Shown piece by piece: positions 39,280 to 48,938 of a stretch of 64,000 nt of DNA. Origin of the DNA: Bacteroidota bacterium (GTDB lineage Bacteria; Bacteroidota; Bacteroidia; Bacteroidales; CAIXZF01); NCBI GenBank assembly GCA_037132075.1, contig JBAXPV010000007.1, forward strand, positions 1-64,000, written 5' to 3'. The notes beneath the pieces are model-generated. The model did no database searches. It was given only the letters and a program-made list of their open reading frames with translations, and was not told where the DNA came from. Both the position numbers and the translations under genes were made by a program. The number at the start of each line of letters is the position of its first letter. The stretch's first letter is position 1.

Positions 39280-40965
39280 ATGATCATTTTTAAGCACAAA
39301 TATTTATTACTCATTTTTGCCATCATTGTATGCCAGGCCAAGCAACTTGAAGCCGAAGTTAGCAGCCTGGTCGTTGACAATCTGACAACCTTCGTTGATG
39401 GGAATGCATCACCTTATAACCAGTTAGGCCCCGGAGATACTCTGTTTATACTATCCGGAACGAGAGATTTTCTGCAAATCAAGAACCTGACTGGGACTGC
39501 AGCAGGTCCCATTATCATCATCAATAAAGGAGGTGTTGTAAGCATTGATGCGTTCAACTATTATGGGATTTCAATCCAGAACTGCCGGTATTTTCGACTG
39601 ACAGGAACCGGAAGCATTGGGAATTTCTATGGGATTAAAATTATTTATGTTTCCGGTGGTGCTGGTCTTGGAATCGGTGGTATGAGTTCTGATTATGAGG
39701 TTGACCATATTTCTATAGAAAATACATTCATAGGCGGATTTTATGGGAAAACGGACCCTGATTGTACATTTGCAGCGACCCGTGATAATTTTACTCAATT
39801 CAATACTCGTATTCATGACAACTACATTGCCAATGTTGCCAATGAGGGGATGTACATTGGAAGTACAAAATACCATGGACAAACAGTTAACTGTAATGGT
39901 CATGATACATTGCTGCTTCCGCATGTTTTAGAAGGTGTTTGGGTTTACAACAATATTATCAATCACGTCGGATGGGACGGGATTCAGGTAAGTTCTTCCG
40001 TTTCTGATTGTCATGTTTTCGGTAACCTGGTTTTGTATGATAGCCAGGAAGAATCCGTAGGACAAATGTCGGGCATTTCCCTTGGCGGGGGCTCGAAATG
40101 TGACTGTTACAACAATTATATCAGTCAGGGTAAGGGAAATGGCATTGAAAGCCACGGACTTGGGGGTTACAGAATCTTCAACAACATTATTGTGGATGCC
40201 GGGAGGACTTTTCAACCCGGCGACACCACCTTGATGAAGCATGGGATCTACGTTTCAGATGTTTCTGTTGAGGCGGATTCTTCGTTTTATATTCTATATA
40301 ATGACATTATTAATCCAAAGTCTGACGGGATACGATTTAACAGTATGATCAGCAGGAATAACCTTATCGCCTCTAACCTGATTGTCAATCCTGGTAATTA
40401 TGATTATTATGAAAACGGGAATACCAGTTTCACTGGAAATGATGCTTATATCATGATTCCGGACACAATTTCACAAGTTGATCTTCAACATAATTTTCTG
40501 ACACGATATCTCGACAGTGCTTTAGTATCACCCGTTGATTATACCATTCTGCCTGGTTCTCCGCTTATTGATGCTGCATTTTCCAACAGCGTAGGAATCA
40601 CTTTTGATTATTATCATCATCTGCGACCTTTTGGCATTACGAACGATATAGGTGCATTTGAATTTGATCCGGCAGTGGTGGGCATTAAGCCAGGATTGCT
40701 CTTACAGACCAGGCAGGCCGTTGTTTTCCCGAATCCTGTGAAGACTGTTCTGACTATAAAATATCAATCTGAATTTGCTGCTCCGGTGATTCTTTCTGTG
40801 TTTAATCTGCAAGGAAATCTTCTTTTGCAGAATCAGAGGAACAATATGCCTGGTGAGGTGCAACAAATTCAGATTGATGTAGGAACCCTTTCCCCCGGGC
40901 TATATCTTTACCAGCTTCGTAATAATGACCAGCTTTCATCTGGAAGGTTTATTAAAATTAGATAA
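39280..40965 (+). CDS. Secreted right-handed parallel beta-helix (PbH1-repeat) protein with a T9SS type-A C-terminal sorting domain. Candidate polysaccharide lyase/depolymerase.
   Basis: Signal peptide. Multiple PbH1-like repeats (NNIINHVGWDGIQV, GNLVLYD, NNYISQGKGNGIESHG, NNIIVDAG). C-terminal VFPNPV...LSVFNLQGNLL...LSPGLYLYQL motif of the Por/T9SS CTD. Confidence 0.75.
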   Translation: MIIFKHKYLLLIFAIIVCQAKQLEAEVSSLVVDNLTTFVDGNASPYNQLGPGDTLFILSGTRDFLQIKNLTGTAAGPIIIINKGGVVSIDAFNYYGISIQNCRYFRLTGTGSIGNFYGIKIIYVSGGAGLGIGGMSSDYEVDHISIENTFIGGFYGKTDPDCTFAATRDNFTQFNTRIHDNYIANVANEGMYIGSTKYHGQTVNCNGHDTLLLPHVLEGVWVYNNIINHVGWDGIQVSSSVSDCHVFGNLVLYDSQEESVGQMSGISLGGGSKCDCYNNYISQGKGNGIESHGLGGYRIFNNIIVDAGRTFQPGDTTLMKHGIYVSDVSVEADSSFYILYNDIINPKSDGIRFNSMISRNNLIASNLIVNPGNYDYYENGNTSFTGNDAYIMIPDTISQVDLQHNFLTRYLDSALVSPVDYTILPGSPLIDAAFSNSVGITFDYYHHLRPFGITNDIGAFEFDPAVVGIKPGLLLQTRQAVVFPNPVKTVLTIKYQSEFAAPVILSVFNLQGNLLLQNQRNNMPGEVQQIQIDVGTLSPGLYLYQLRNNDQLSSGRFIKIR

Positions 40966-41038
40966 GTTAAATGGGCAAATTTTGGATGTTTCTCAAAGCA
41001 GTTCAGCCCTTAACCCCTCCAGGCGTTTAGTTCTCTTT

Positions 41039-41309
41039 GCACCTCATCCCCCAACCCCTTCTACTGAAGGAGAAGGGGAGTAGGACACTGCTAATATTTA
41101 CCATTATTACTACTATTATGAACAAATATTAAATATAATAGAGTGATGCATCAATGCTAAAATTTCCGGCAATCTGCCCCCCTTCTCCTTCAGGAGAAGG
41201 GGTTGGGGGATGAGGTGCCAAGAATAAATCTCCTTCAGGAGAAGGGGTTGGGGGATGAGGTGCCAAGAATAAATCTCCTTCAGGAGAAGGGGTTGGGGGA
41301 TGAGGTGCC
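41039..41309. repeat. MITE-like palindromic element copy A. It has 15-bp terminal inverted repeats (GGCACCTCATCCCCC) and two extra 45-bp tandem duplications of its right end.
   Basis: TIRs gcacctcatccccc...gggggatgaggtgcc bound the core taggacactgctaatatttaccattattactactattatgaacaaata. A 45-bp unit, aagaataaatctccttcaggagaaggggttgggggatgaggtgcc, is repeated directly twice more. A second copy lies at 43617-43759. Confidence 0.8.
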
Positions 41310-41331
41310 ACAATTAATTCTCAATAAGTAG

Positions 41332-41366
41332 AAGGGGTTGTGGAATGAAGACCACAACCCCTTTTA
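41332..41366 (+). terminator. Stem-loop with T-tract (aaggggttgtgg-loop-ccacaacccctt-tt), putative terminator
   Basis: 12-bp perfect stem with 8-nt loop, followed by TTTT on the plus strand. Confidence 0.4.
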
Positions 41367-41404
41367 GTACAATTTAAGATGTTTCGGTTGAATTATCTGT
41401 TTTG

Positions 41405-43438
41405 TCAGTGGGTGAAAATATTGCTCAAATTCCTGTATCCTGTCATTGGCTTATACCAGTCATAGTAGTCCATTCCTGAAGATTGACCCCAGGTAAAGAA
41501 CTTTAAATGAGCCTGGGTAACGACTACTTTTTCTTTCGGATAGTCGAAAGGACCGGCAATGTCGATGGCATAGGGGAGATTGTTTTTTGTCACATAAAAC
41601 CTACCCTGAGCTGGTTTACTGTCATCCTGGCCCGTACCTAAAAAGGAGGTGTTGGCGAGGTCGGTTGGTTTGTTGTCGATTAAGTGTACTTCCTTAGTAC
41701 GGTCTTCATTGATAATCATAAAAGGATTATACGGCGGCGTACCGAGGGTGGAAAGATTTACGGGTGACGTAAGATTAATCGTGATTTTCAAGGTGTCTGG
41801 CGTTACATAGGGAGCGCCTACTGTTGTATTTACCCCAACCGCTCCACCTCCCGGGTATGGAAGTTCATTGAAGGCATTGTCGTAGCAGATAATTACAGCT
41901 TTAGATTGACTGGCTTCTGTACCATTTGCATTTCTTACAATATAAGATTCTTTAATAGAAGTTCCGGTGACACTCGAGATAAGACTTGGGCTGATTGGCA
42001 ATTGAAATCCAAAGCCGTTTTGATAACTGGCTCCGATGGCTTTCAGGATAATCTTAGCCTTAATTTGAACGGCCTGATTTTGGCCATTGGTGATTTCATT
42101 GAAATTGTAATCCACAACCATATCATTAAAGTCATAGTCACCTTTAGAAGGCCAGAGGTCTTCAAATGCAATTGTTCCGACAGCATTTTCTGAAGGATAA
42201 AAGTTATCAAAAGCTTTGGTGGCATCAGTAGGATAGTCATCAAAATTGTCGGATACTCCGTCATGATCTGAATCTGTAGCTGTATAATTTGGTAGCGGAA
42301 TATTCGTGGTCTGAATATTCTGAATAGGATCAGCCTTTACATAAAAGATAGCGTCATTAAAGTCATTGTCTGTAGTGCCGTCACGACGCTGGTCTTCGAA
42401 GCTTAACAAGAATTTTCCACGTCCAAGATCGTTCAGAAGGATTGAGTGTTTCTTTAAACTTGGATTTGTCTCAGGATTGAGGTTGGTATTTGAGTAGAGC
42501 ATTCCCAGGCCATTTGTAATGGTAGTTCCGTTATAGCCATTGGCGATGAGTACCCATCCAATTGTGCTTCCAGGACCAAAGGTTCCGATGTGTACTTTGT
42601 TTCCAGAAGCCAATCCGCCACCACTCCCGCTAAACGAAACATTTGGGAAAATAATGTGAATAGTGTCAATAGCAGCAGCAGTAGCAGGCGGGTTGTTTGT
42701 ATTGTACCTGTAATATCCCATTACATTGCGGTAACCTGCACCTTCGTGCACAAAGGATACCCATACATTACAAGCATCGGTAATGACAAGGTTTGGCTCA
42801 TTAGATGCTATAAAATATTGGGGATGACTTGTTGTAAGTGCCTGGTATTCAGGAAGTGTAGCATTGATATCTGCCAGTGTCGCGGCATCAATCACATCAT
42901 TCGGGAAGCTCAGGTAATTCGGGACACCGTTGCTGTTGTATGTCCCCAGTGGCTGGATAATAGAATTGGTTGTACTGAATAAGGACTCAGAACTTTTCAG
43001 TATCTTTACTTGTTTCCCTCCTAAGGTTAGGTTTACACTACCCGATACAATTTTTACTTTTTGCATATTGGGAAATCCCAGGGTTCTGGTTCCTATAGTT
43101 AATGAGTCTACGCCAGCCGGAATCCGGTAATTGGCTTTGTATTGACCGCTGGCGTCTGTAATGCCGCCTAAAATCCGGCTACCTCCATTGGCTGGTAGGT
43201 CTGAATAAATATCAATACGAACGTTGGGCACTGGTGCATCCATGTTATCCAGCGCAGTTACATTAATGTTAATATCCTGGGTTGTTCTGAATTTGAAATT
43301 TGGACTAACATTCATGTTTTCGATGTTTGTTTCATCAACAGACGGAACGTTATCAAATTTCTTGCAGGAATTTAATGAAAGCGCCAGAGAAATAAGAATG
43401 ATCAATAATAAGTATGATTTTCTGCTCTTGATTTTCAT
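41405..43438 (-). CDS. LruC-domain lipoprotein
   Basis: Lipoprotein signal peptide (LSLNSCKK). Block AFEDLWPSKGDYDFNDMVVDYNF characteristic of the LruC domain. Confidence 0.65.
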   Translation of the reverse strand: MKIKSRKSYLLLIILISLALSLNSCKKFDNVPSVDETNIENMNVSPNFKFRTTQDININVTALDNMDAPVPNVRIDIYSDLPANGGSRILGGITDASGQYKANYRIPAGVDSLTIGTRTLGFPNMQKVKIVSGSVNLTLGGKQVKILKSSESLFSTTNSIIQPLGTYNSNGVPNYLSFPNDVIDAATLADINATLPEYQALTTSHPQYFIASNEPNLVITDACNVWVSFVHEGAGYRNVMGYYRYNTNNPPATAAAIDTIHIIFPNVSFSGSGGGLASGNKVHIGTFGPGSTIGWVLIANGYNGTTITNGLGMLYSNTNLNPETNPSLKKHSILLNDLGRGKFLLSFEDQRRDGTTDNDFNDAIFYVKADPIQNIQTTNIPLPNYTATDSDHDGVSDNFDDYPTDATKAFDNFYPSENAVGTIAFEDLWPSKGDYDFNDMVVDYNFNEITNGQNQAVQIKAKIILKAIGASYQNGFGFQLPISPSLISSVTGTSIKESYIVRNANGTEASQSKAVIICYDNAFNELPYPGGGAVGVNTTVGAPYVTPDTLKITINLTSPVNLSTLGTPPYNPFMIINEDRTKEVHLIDNKPTDLANTSFLGTGQDDSKPAQGRFYVTKNNLPYAIDIAGPFDYPKEKVVVTQAHLKFFTWGQSSGMDYYDWYKPMTGYRNLSNIFTH

Positions 43439-43616
43439 TTTAATTGGTTTTGTATTTGTGAATAGTAGCTTTATCTGTATTTTTATAGAAAGGAGATTTG
43501 CGAAATCTATGCCATGGTCGTAATGTATTGAATAGCAGGAATATGCACTTGAAATGCTTTTACTAAAATGTATTAAAAAGATACAAATGTATTAAAATGA
43601 GACACTTTGGTTTTTA

Positions 43617-43759
43617 GCCTCATCCCCCAACCCATTTCTCCTGAAGAGAGAAGGGGAGTAGGACACAGCTAATATTTATCATTATTACTACTATTATGAA
43701 CAAATAATTAATATAATAGAGTCATGCATTTATATCAAAGTTTGTGGGGGATGAGGTGC
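43617..43759. repeat. MITE-like palindromic element copy B (same TIRs and core as copy A)
   Basis: gcctcatcccccaaccc...taggacacagctaatatttatcattattactactattatgaacaaata...gggggatgaggtgcc. It is about 90% identical to copy A over the shared core. Both ends are followed by acaatta. Confidence 0.8.
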
Positions 43760-43813
43760 CACAATTATACCATCTTTAAAAGAACTGGTTAGAGAATGAG
43801 GCTTATGACAATT

Positions 43814-46800
43814 TTATTTCAAATATTTACTGATTTTATCATACAGATCTTCAGGATTAAATGGTTTTGAGATGTAATCATTCATGCCTGAGAGAAAAAT
43901 TTTCTCAAATACATCAGCTTTTGAGGAAGCTGTCAGTGCAATAATCGGAATTGTAGTATAGGGTGCAATTTTCAGTTTACGAATCTCTGAAGTAGCCTGA
44001 TAGCCGTCCATTTCCGGCATCTGAAGGTCCATCAGGATTAGATCAAACGAGTGTTTTGTTATTTTATCCACTGCAATTAATCCATTTTCAGCAGTGTCCA
44101 CTTTTAGATTCCAATCAGAAAGGAATTTACTGGCAATGAGCTTATTTACTTTATTGTCTTCAACAAGCAATATTCGTTGTCCTGTAAATTGTTTGAATAC
44201 ATTACTGGTATTCTTAGGCTCAATTGTGGCATTTGTAACCGAACCTTCGTTGAAAAGAATCGAAAAGTAAAACCGGGATCCTTTTCCAAATTCACTTTCA
44301 ACATATATTTTACTGCCGAAAAGCTCGAGAAGCTTACCGGTAATCGTTAAGCCCAGACCAGTTCCTCCATATTTTCTTGAGGTCTCTGAACTAGCCTGCG
44401 TGAAAGCATCAAAGATACTTTGAAGTGTTTCAGGCTGCATCCCTATCCCGGAGTCGGTCACTGAAAAATCAACTATAATTTGTTTTAGCTTGTTGGAATT
44501 TAGCTTCAAGGCAATAGTGACTTTCCCGGTTTCTGTAAATTTCAGTGCATTACTCAAAAGGTTATTAATGATTTGAGACAGGCGAAGTGGATCTCCGATT
44601 ACATTTACGGGAATGCTGTCGTCAAAATCAAAATTAAGTTCAATATTTTTCTCCTGGGCTTTACTTGTCATGGATGAGACAATTTCCTCGACAATCGTCC
44701 TGAGGTTAAAATCAATATACTCAAGGGAGACTTTCCCAACTTCTATTTTATTGAAATCTAGGATATTGTTGATAAGAGACAATAGGTTTTCTGCTGAGAA
44801 TCTGAGTATCCTTAAATCTTCACTTTGGTCAGGTCTTGGATTATTTTTGAACAGTAAATGTGAGGTTCCAATCACAGCATTTAGTGGTGTTCGTAGTTCA
44901 TGACTCATCACTGACAGGAATTCACTTTTTGTTTTCAATGCTTTTTCAGCATTAATTTTTGCCTGTTCCAGTTCAATGTTTGTCTGTGCCAATACCGCAT
45001 TTTTCATGATGATACTTTGGGATTGCCCTTCAATTTGTTCTTTTTGAATCAAGATTTCGCGTGTGCGTTCGTTGATGGCTTGTTCAAGTTTGTCGTTGTT
45101 TCGTAAAAGATTTCGAGTGTATAATTTGAGGCCGACCCAATAAAATAGCAAAAGAAATATTCCCTCGAGCAGGATGACCCACCACAGAAAATACCATGAT
45201 TTACTTACGTGGAATTCCCATTTCAGCGGACTGGAATAAAGATAATTTCCATATTTTTTTGCACGAATATACAGGGTGTATTTGCCTGATGCCAGGTTTA
45301 CAAGGTCAATTTCCTGTGTTTTGTCTACAGGAATCCAGGAAGTATCCCGGCCCAGTAACAGCATTTCGATTTTTACAAATTTTGCAGGATAATCCGGGAC
45401 ACCCAGTTTAATCTTCAGAAAAGCCCGTTGGTTGAGGGTAATCCCATCTGTTTTGTAATTAAAGGGGTTGTTGTTGATCAGCATATCAACGATAACAGGC
45501 TTTACTGTTCTCACCGCAGGCAAAATGGGTAAGGAAACAGTTATTCCATTGACTGTTCCAGCCCAGATCCTGTTATATCTGTCAACATGGATGCTTCGAT
45601 AATTTATTGATTTAGAAGGCATCCCTGTTCTTTCATCAAACGACAGCAATTCCCCTCTTACAAATTGATGCAGACCCAGGCTTGTTCCGAACCAAACATT
45701 GTCGTCTCGATCAAGAGTAACCGCTTTTACTGAAGCATCTGTCAACGACGAAATTTGCATGCGGTTAAAAATCCCATTTTCATATTTTATCAGGCCAAAA
45801 GAAGAGCCTAGCCAGATTATTCCCTTTTTACTGAAAGCAATATCATTGATATTGATGTCGATATTATGTTCAAAGGTTAATGGTTTGCTTAAGTTGGTAA
45901 ACCTGTCAGTAGTGGGATTATAAGCAAACAAATATGCCTCATCTGACATCCCGCCTGCATAAATATTTCCGGCATGGTCAAGCCCAACGGTAAGGGGTCT
46001 GGAGGCAATCCCTTCATTAACACCATATGTTTTCACCGAAAAGTCAGGAGAAATACAAATCAGAGACTGGTTCAGATCCTGGCATGCCCAAAGTCTTCCC
46101 TTGTGGTCAAAGGTCAGATAAAAAACGGCATGCCCTGAAGAACGAAAATCAAACCGTTTTTCGATAAGGCCGGCGGTATTTTCAAACCATACGAATCCAC
46201 TCACATCAGCGTACCAGGTCCCATTTTGAAGTGGAATGGCTTGAAGGATTAGTTCACGTGAGCTTTTTATTGTTAATGGGGATTCTGAAATATCCTTTTT
46301 AGTGGAAAACACTTTCTCCCCGTCGGTAAAGCAAATCCTGCCATCAGGATATTCTGCGATACTTTGAATATATTTTGAAGTTGAATTTATATAAGGCGAG
46401 CTAAAGAAGTAAGGTCGCATCAGGTACAGGCCATTGTCGGTTGCAACCCATAAATTACCGTCAGATTGCAGACAAAAGTGGTTGATCGTTTTTTCCGGGA
46501 ATTCGGTCATCGGCTTCACTGAATACCCGGATTCAGTGAAGCTGATCTGATAAAGGCCATTTGTCCAGGTGCCTGCTAAAAACAGATTCTGTTTGACACG
46601 GATGAGCGTTGAAGCCTCAATTTGGGTGTCCAGCGCTATTAATTTCGTACAGGACCCCTCTTTATCCGTTTGGAATTCAAATAATCCTGTATGCGTTCCG
46701 ATAAAAATTTTGCCGACATCAATATTTACAACACTTTGAATGCTAGATAATTTCAGGGGAAGATTGATCTCAATTAACGCATTTTTGTTTTTATCAAAGC

Positions 46801-47416
46801 GATAGATAAACCCAGGCTCAGAGAATATATATAAATTGCCAAAACCATCTTCCGAAAAGGAGAATGTTCTTTGGTAGTTGTTCGAAGAGGCTTTACTTCC
46901 GGGAAAAAATGACTTAATTACTTTGTCTTTCAGACAGTAAATATTTTGGTTATCACAAAACCACAAATACTTGTCTTTATCTTCATAAATAGTTTTGGGA
47001 AACCATACCAAACTATCTGCTTTTTTTATTGATCCCCGTTTGAGCAGATTAACTGTCAGAAAAGGAGGGTTATTGAGAATCTGTACCACACCAAGATCTG
47101 TGGATGAAATGATGTCTCCATTGGATCTGCAATAGACAGATTTTATAAATTGGCTTGGAAGATCGTTTTGAATCTGTGTAAAATAGCGCCCATCGAAACG
47201 GAAAAGACCGCCATCAGTTCCTACCCAGATGAACCCGTTTTTGTCAGCAGTAACAGATTTAACCAGCGAATTGCTAAGGCCTTCGTCCTCACCATAGCGG
47301 ATAAATTGAAGCGATTGTCCATAGCACTCGTGAATTTCCGGGAAAATTAACAGGAAAGATCCCAGGAAAAGAAAAATATTCCGCTTGCAGAATTTTATAA
47401 CAGCAATTAAATTCAA
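43814..47416 (-). CDS. Hybrid sensor histidine kinase/response regulator with periplasmic two-component-regulator propeller + Y_Y_Y sensor domains (no AraC output domain)
   Basis: Long periplasmic beta-propeller-like repeats, a TM helix, HisKA (SHELRTPLNAVIG), HATPase (GTGLGL) and a C-terminal REC (ILLVEDNKVN...DLILMDLQMPEMDGY). The protein ends after REC. Confidence 0.85.
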   Translation of the reverse strand: MNLIAVIKFCKRNIFLFLGSFLLIFPEIHECYGQSLQFIRYGEDEGLSNSLVKSVTADKNGFIWVGTDGGLFRFDGRYFTQIQNDLPSQFIKSVYCRSNGDIISSTDLGVVQILNNPPFLTVNLLKRGSIKKADSLVWFPKTIYEDKDKYLWFCDNQNIYCLKDKVIKSFFPGSKASSNNYQRTFSFSEDGFGNLYIFSEPGFIYRFDKNKNALIEINLPLKLSSIQSVVNIDVGKIFIGTHTGLFEFQTDKEGSCTKLIALDTQIEASTLIRVKQNLFLAGTWTNGLYQISFTESGYSVKPMTEFPEKTINHFCLQSDGNLWVATDNGLYLMRPYFFSSPYINSTSKYIQSIAEYPDGRICFTDGEKVFSTKKDISESPLTIKSSRELILQAIPLQNGTWYADVSGFVWFENTAGLIEKRFDFRSSGHAVFYLTFDHKGRLWACQDLNQSLICISPDFSVKTYGVNEGIASRPLTVGLDHAGNIYAGGMSDEAYLFAYNPTTDRFTNLSKPLTFEHNIDININDIAFSKKGIIWLGSSFGLIKYENGIFNRMQISSLTDASVKAVTLDRDDNVWFGTSLGLHQFVRGELLSFDERTGMPSKSINYRSIHVDRYNRIWAGTVNGITVSLPILPAVRTVKPVIVDMLINNNPFNYKTDGITLNQRAFLKIKLGVPDYPAKFVKIEMLLLGRDTSWIPVDKTQEIDLVNLASGKYTLYIRAKKYGNYLYSSPLKWEFHVSKSWYFLWWVILLEGIFLLLFYWVGLKLYTRNLLRNNDKLEQAINERTREILIQKEQIEGQSQSIIMKNAVLAQTNIELEQAKINAEKALKTKSEFLSVMSHELRTPLNAVIGTSHLLFKNNPRPDQSEDLRILRFSAENLLSLINNILDFNKIEVGKVSLEYIDFNLRTIVEEIVSSMTSKAQEKNIELNFDFDDSIPVNVIGDPLRLSQIINNLLSNALKFTETGKVTIALKLNSNKLKQIIVDFSVTDSGIGMQPETLQSIFDAFTQASSETSRKYGGTGLGLTITGKLLELFGSKIYVESEFGKGSRFYFSILFNEGSVTNATIEPKNTSNVFKQFTGQRILLVEDNKVNKLIASKFLSDWNLKVDTAENGLIAVDKITKHSFDLILMDLQMPEMDGYQATSEIRKLKIAPYTTIPIIALTASSKADVFEKIFLSGMNDYISKPFNPEDLYDKISKYLK

Positions 47417-47465
47417 AACGAATAGATTTAATCAATTTAAATGTAAATATACTGTTTTCTTCTTT

Positions 47466-48923
47466 CTATTCTACAACTAAGGTTTGTATTGAATGGGGCA
47501 AGCTTGTCGTTGCTGCACCTTGTCCGCTAATCCAGATCCGGTAAGGGATTTTATCGTTGGTTTGGTTCATGACCACGATAACAATTTTTCCATCTGTATT
47601 CTCAAAAGCTGTGGTTAGTAATTGTCCCCGGCTTCCGGCACTGATGATACGTTTGGCTCCCGGCCTGATAAACTTCGAGAAATGCCCGATATAATAAAAA
47701 GAGCTGAGGTAATAGATTTCACCCGTTTTGGTATTGGCGTGAACCGGTGCAAAACACAGGTTTCCAACGTGGTTTGGGCCACCGGTTTCGTCGAGCAGAA
47801 CATTCCAGTCTGTCCAGCCCACTGTGCCGTTGTTGAAGTCGTTGATCATGGATCTTCCATATTTTTCACCCCATTTCCAGTTATTCATCTGTTCAAAATT
47901 GAAACTTTCTGCACAGCCTTCAGTAAAGAGGAGATGCTTTTCCGGAAATGACTCATAAACACGTCTGACGTTGTCATAAATATTCCCGCCACCAGTCCAG
48001 TCTTCATACCAGTGAAATCCAATACCCCAAACAAATTTCGCAGCTTCCGGATCTCCCAGAATGGTGTTTGCCCTCTGATAAATCAAGTCACGGTTGTGAT
48101 CCCAGGCAATGAGTTTCTTTTCTGCCAGTCCTGCCTGCAGCATGGTCGGGCCGAGTACTTTTTTAATAAAGTCTCTTTCTTCTTCAGCAGTGAAGATACA
48201 AGACTCCCATTTTTGTTTGGCCATGGGTTCGTTTTGAACACTATATCCCCATACCGGAATACCTTCTGCTTCGTAGGCTTTGATAAATTTCACAAAGTAG
48301 TTGGCCCAGCTCTGATAATATGCTGGCAGAAGTTTTCCTCCTTGTAACATGTTTTTATTGTCTTTCATCCAGGCGGGCGGGCTCCAGGGACTCGCATATA
48401 AAGTGAGCTTTCCCCCGGTGGCAGCGATTGCCTGTTTGATAAATGGAATACGGAATTGCTTGTCATGGGCGATACTGAAGGAATTTAGAAGCACATCATC
48501 GTCATTTACATATGTATAGCTTCCGCTTGAGAAGTCACAGCTATGGATGTTTGTCCGGGCCAGGGTATAACCAATTCCTTTGATGGGATCAAAATACTGT
48601 TGCAGGATCTCCTTTTGCTTGTCTTTTGGCATTTTGGCAAAAGTCTCTGCAGCAGCATCTGTGATCGCGCCCCCGATTCCGATAAAGGTCTGGAATGTCT
48701 TCGAAGGATCTACAAAAACACAGGGTTCTGTTTCCAAAGGCTGGGGAAAACTGCTGAAATACAGTGTGTCAGTGAGAGATAACCTGAATTTTGTACTGTC
48801 AGCGGTGGTATAAACGCTTACTTTCTTTCCTTTTGCTGAAAAGATGCGGGTTTCAGGATTCCCTGCAAGAAGGGACCCTTTCATCAAAAGAAGGATGATG
48901 CAATAAGATAAAATATGTTTCAT
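47466..48923 (-). CDS. Glycoside hydrolase family 30 (beta-1,6-glucanase/glucosylceramidase-like)
   Basis: Signal peptide, ASPWSPPAWMK and VQNEP blocks typical of GH30, and a beta-sandwich C-terminus. Confidence 0.75.
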   Translation of the reverse strand: MKHILSYCIILLLMKGSLLAGNPETRIFSAKGKKVSVYTTADSTKFRLSLTDTLYFSSFPQPLETEPCVFVDPSKTFQTFIGIGGAITDAAAETFAKMPKDKQKEILQQYFDPIKGIGYTLARTNIHSCDFSSGSYTYVNDDDVLLNSFSIAHDKQFRIPFIKQAIAATGGKLTLYASPWSPPAWMKDNKNMLQGGKLLPAYYQSWANYFVKFIKAYEAEGIPVWGYSVQNEPMAKQKWESCIFTAEEERDFIKKVLGPTMLQAGLAEKKLIAWDHNRDLIYQRANTILGDPEAAKFVWGIGFHWYEDWTGGGNIYDNVRRVYESFPEKHLLFTEGCAESFNFEQMNNWKWGEKYGRSMINDFNNGTVGWTDWNVLLDETGGPNHVGNLCFAPVHANTKTGEIYYLSSFYYIGHFSKFIRPGAKRIISAGSRGQLLTTAFENTDGKIVIVVMNQTNDKIPYRIWISGQGAATTSLPHSIQTLVVE

Positions 48924-48938
48924 AACAGAATCAATGGA

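Noticed and set aside
41170-41309. Possible CRISPR array (short direct repeats)
   Set aside because: The 45-bp units are directly adjacent with no spacers, and no cas genes are nearby. This is tandem amplification of a repeat end, not a CRISPR.
41116-41313. Two minus-strand ORFs (65 and 60 aa) with internally repeated peptide sequences (HLIPQPLLLKEIYSW x3)
   Set aside because: They are simply translations of the three perfect 45-bp tandem DNA repeats of the MITE-like element. They show no start context or coding signature.
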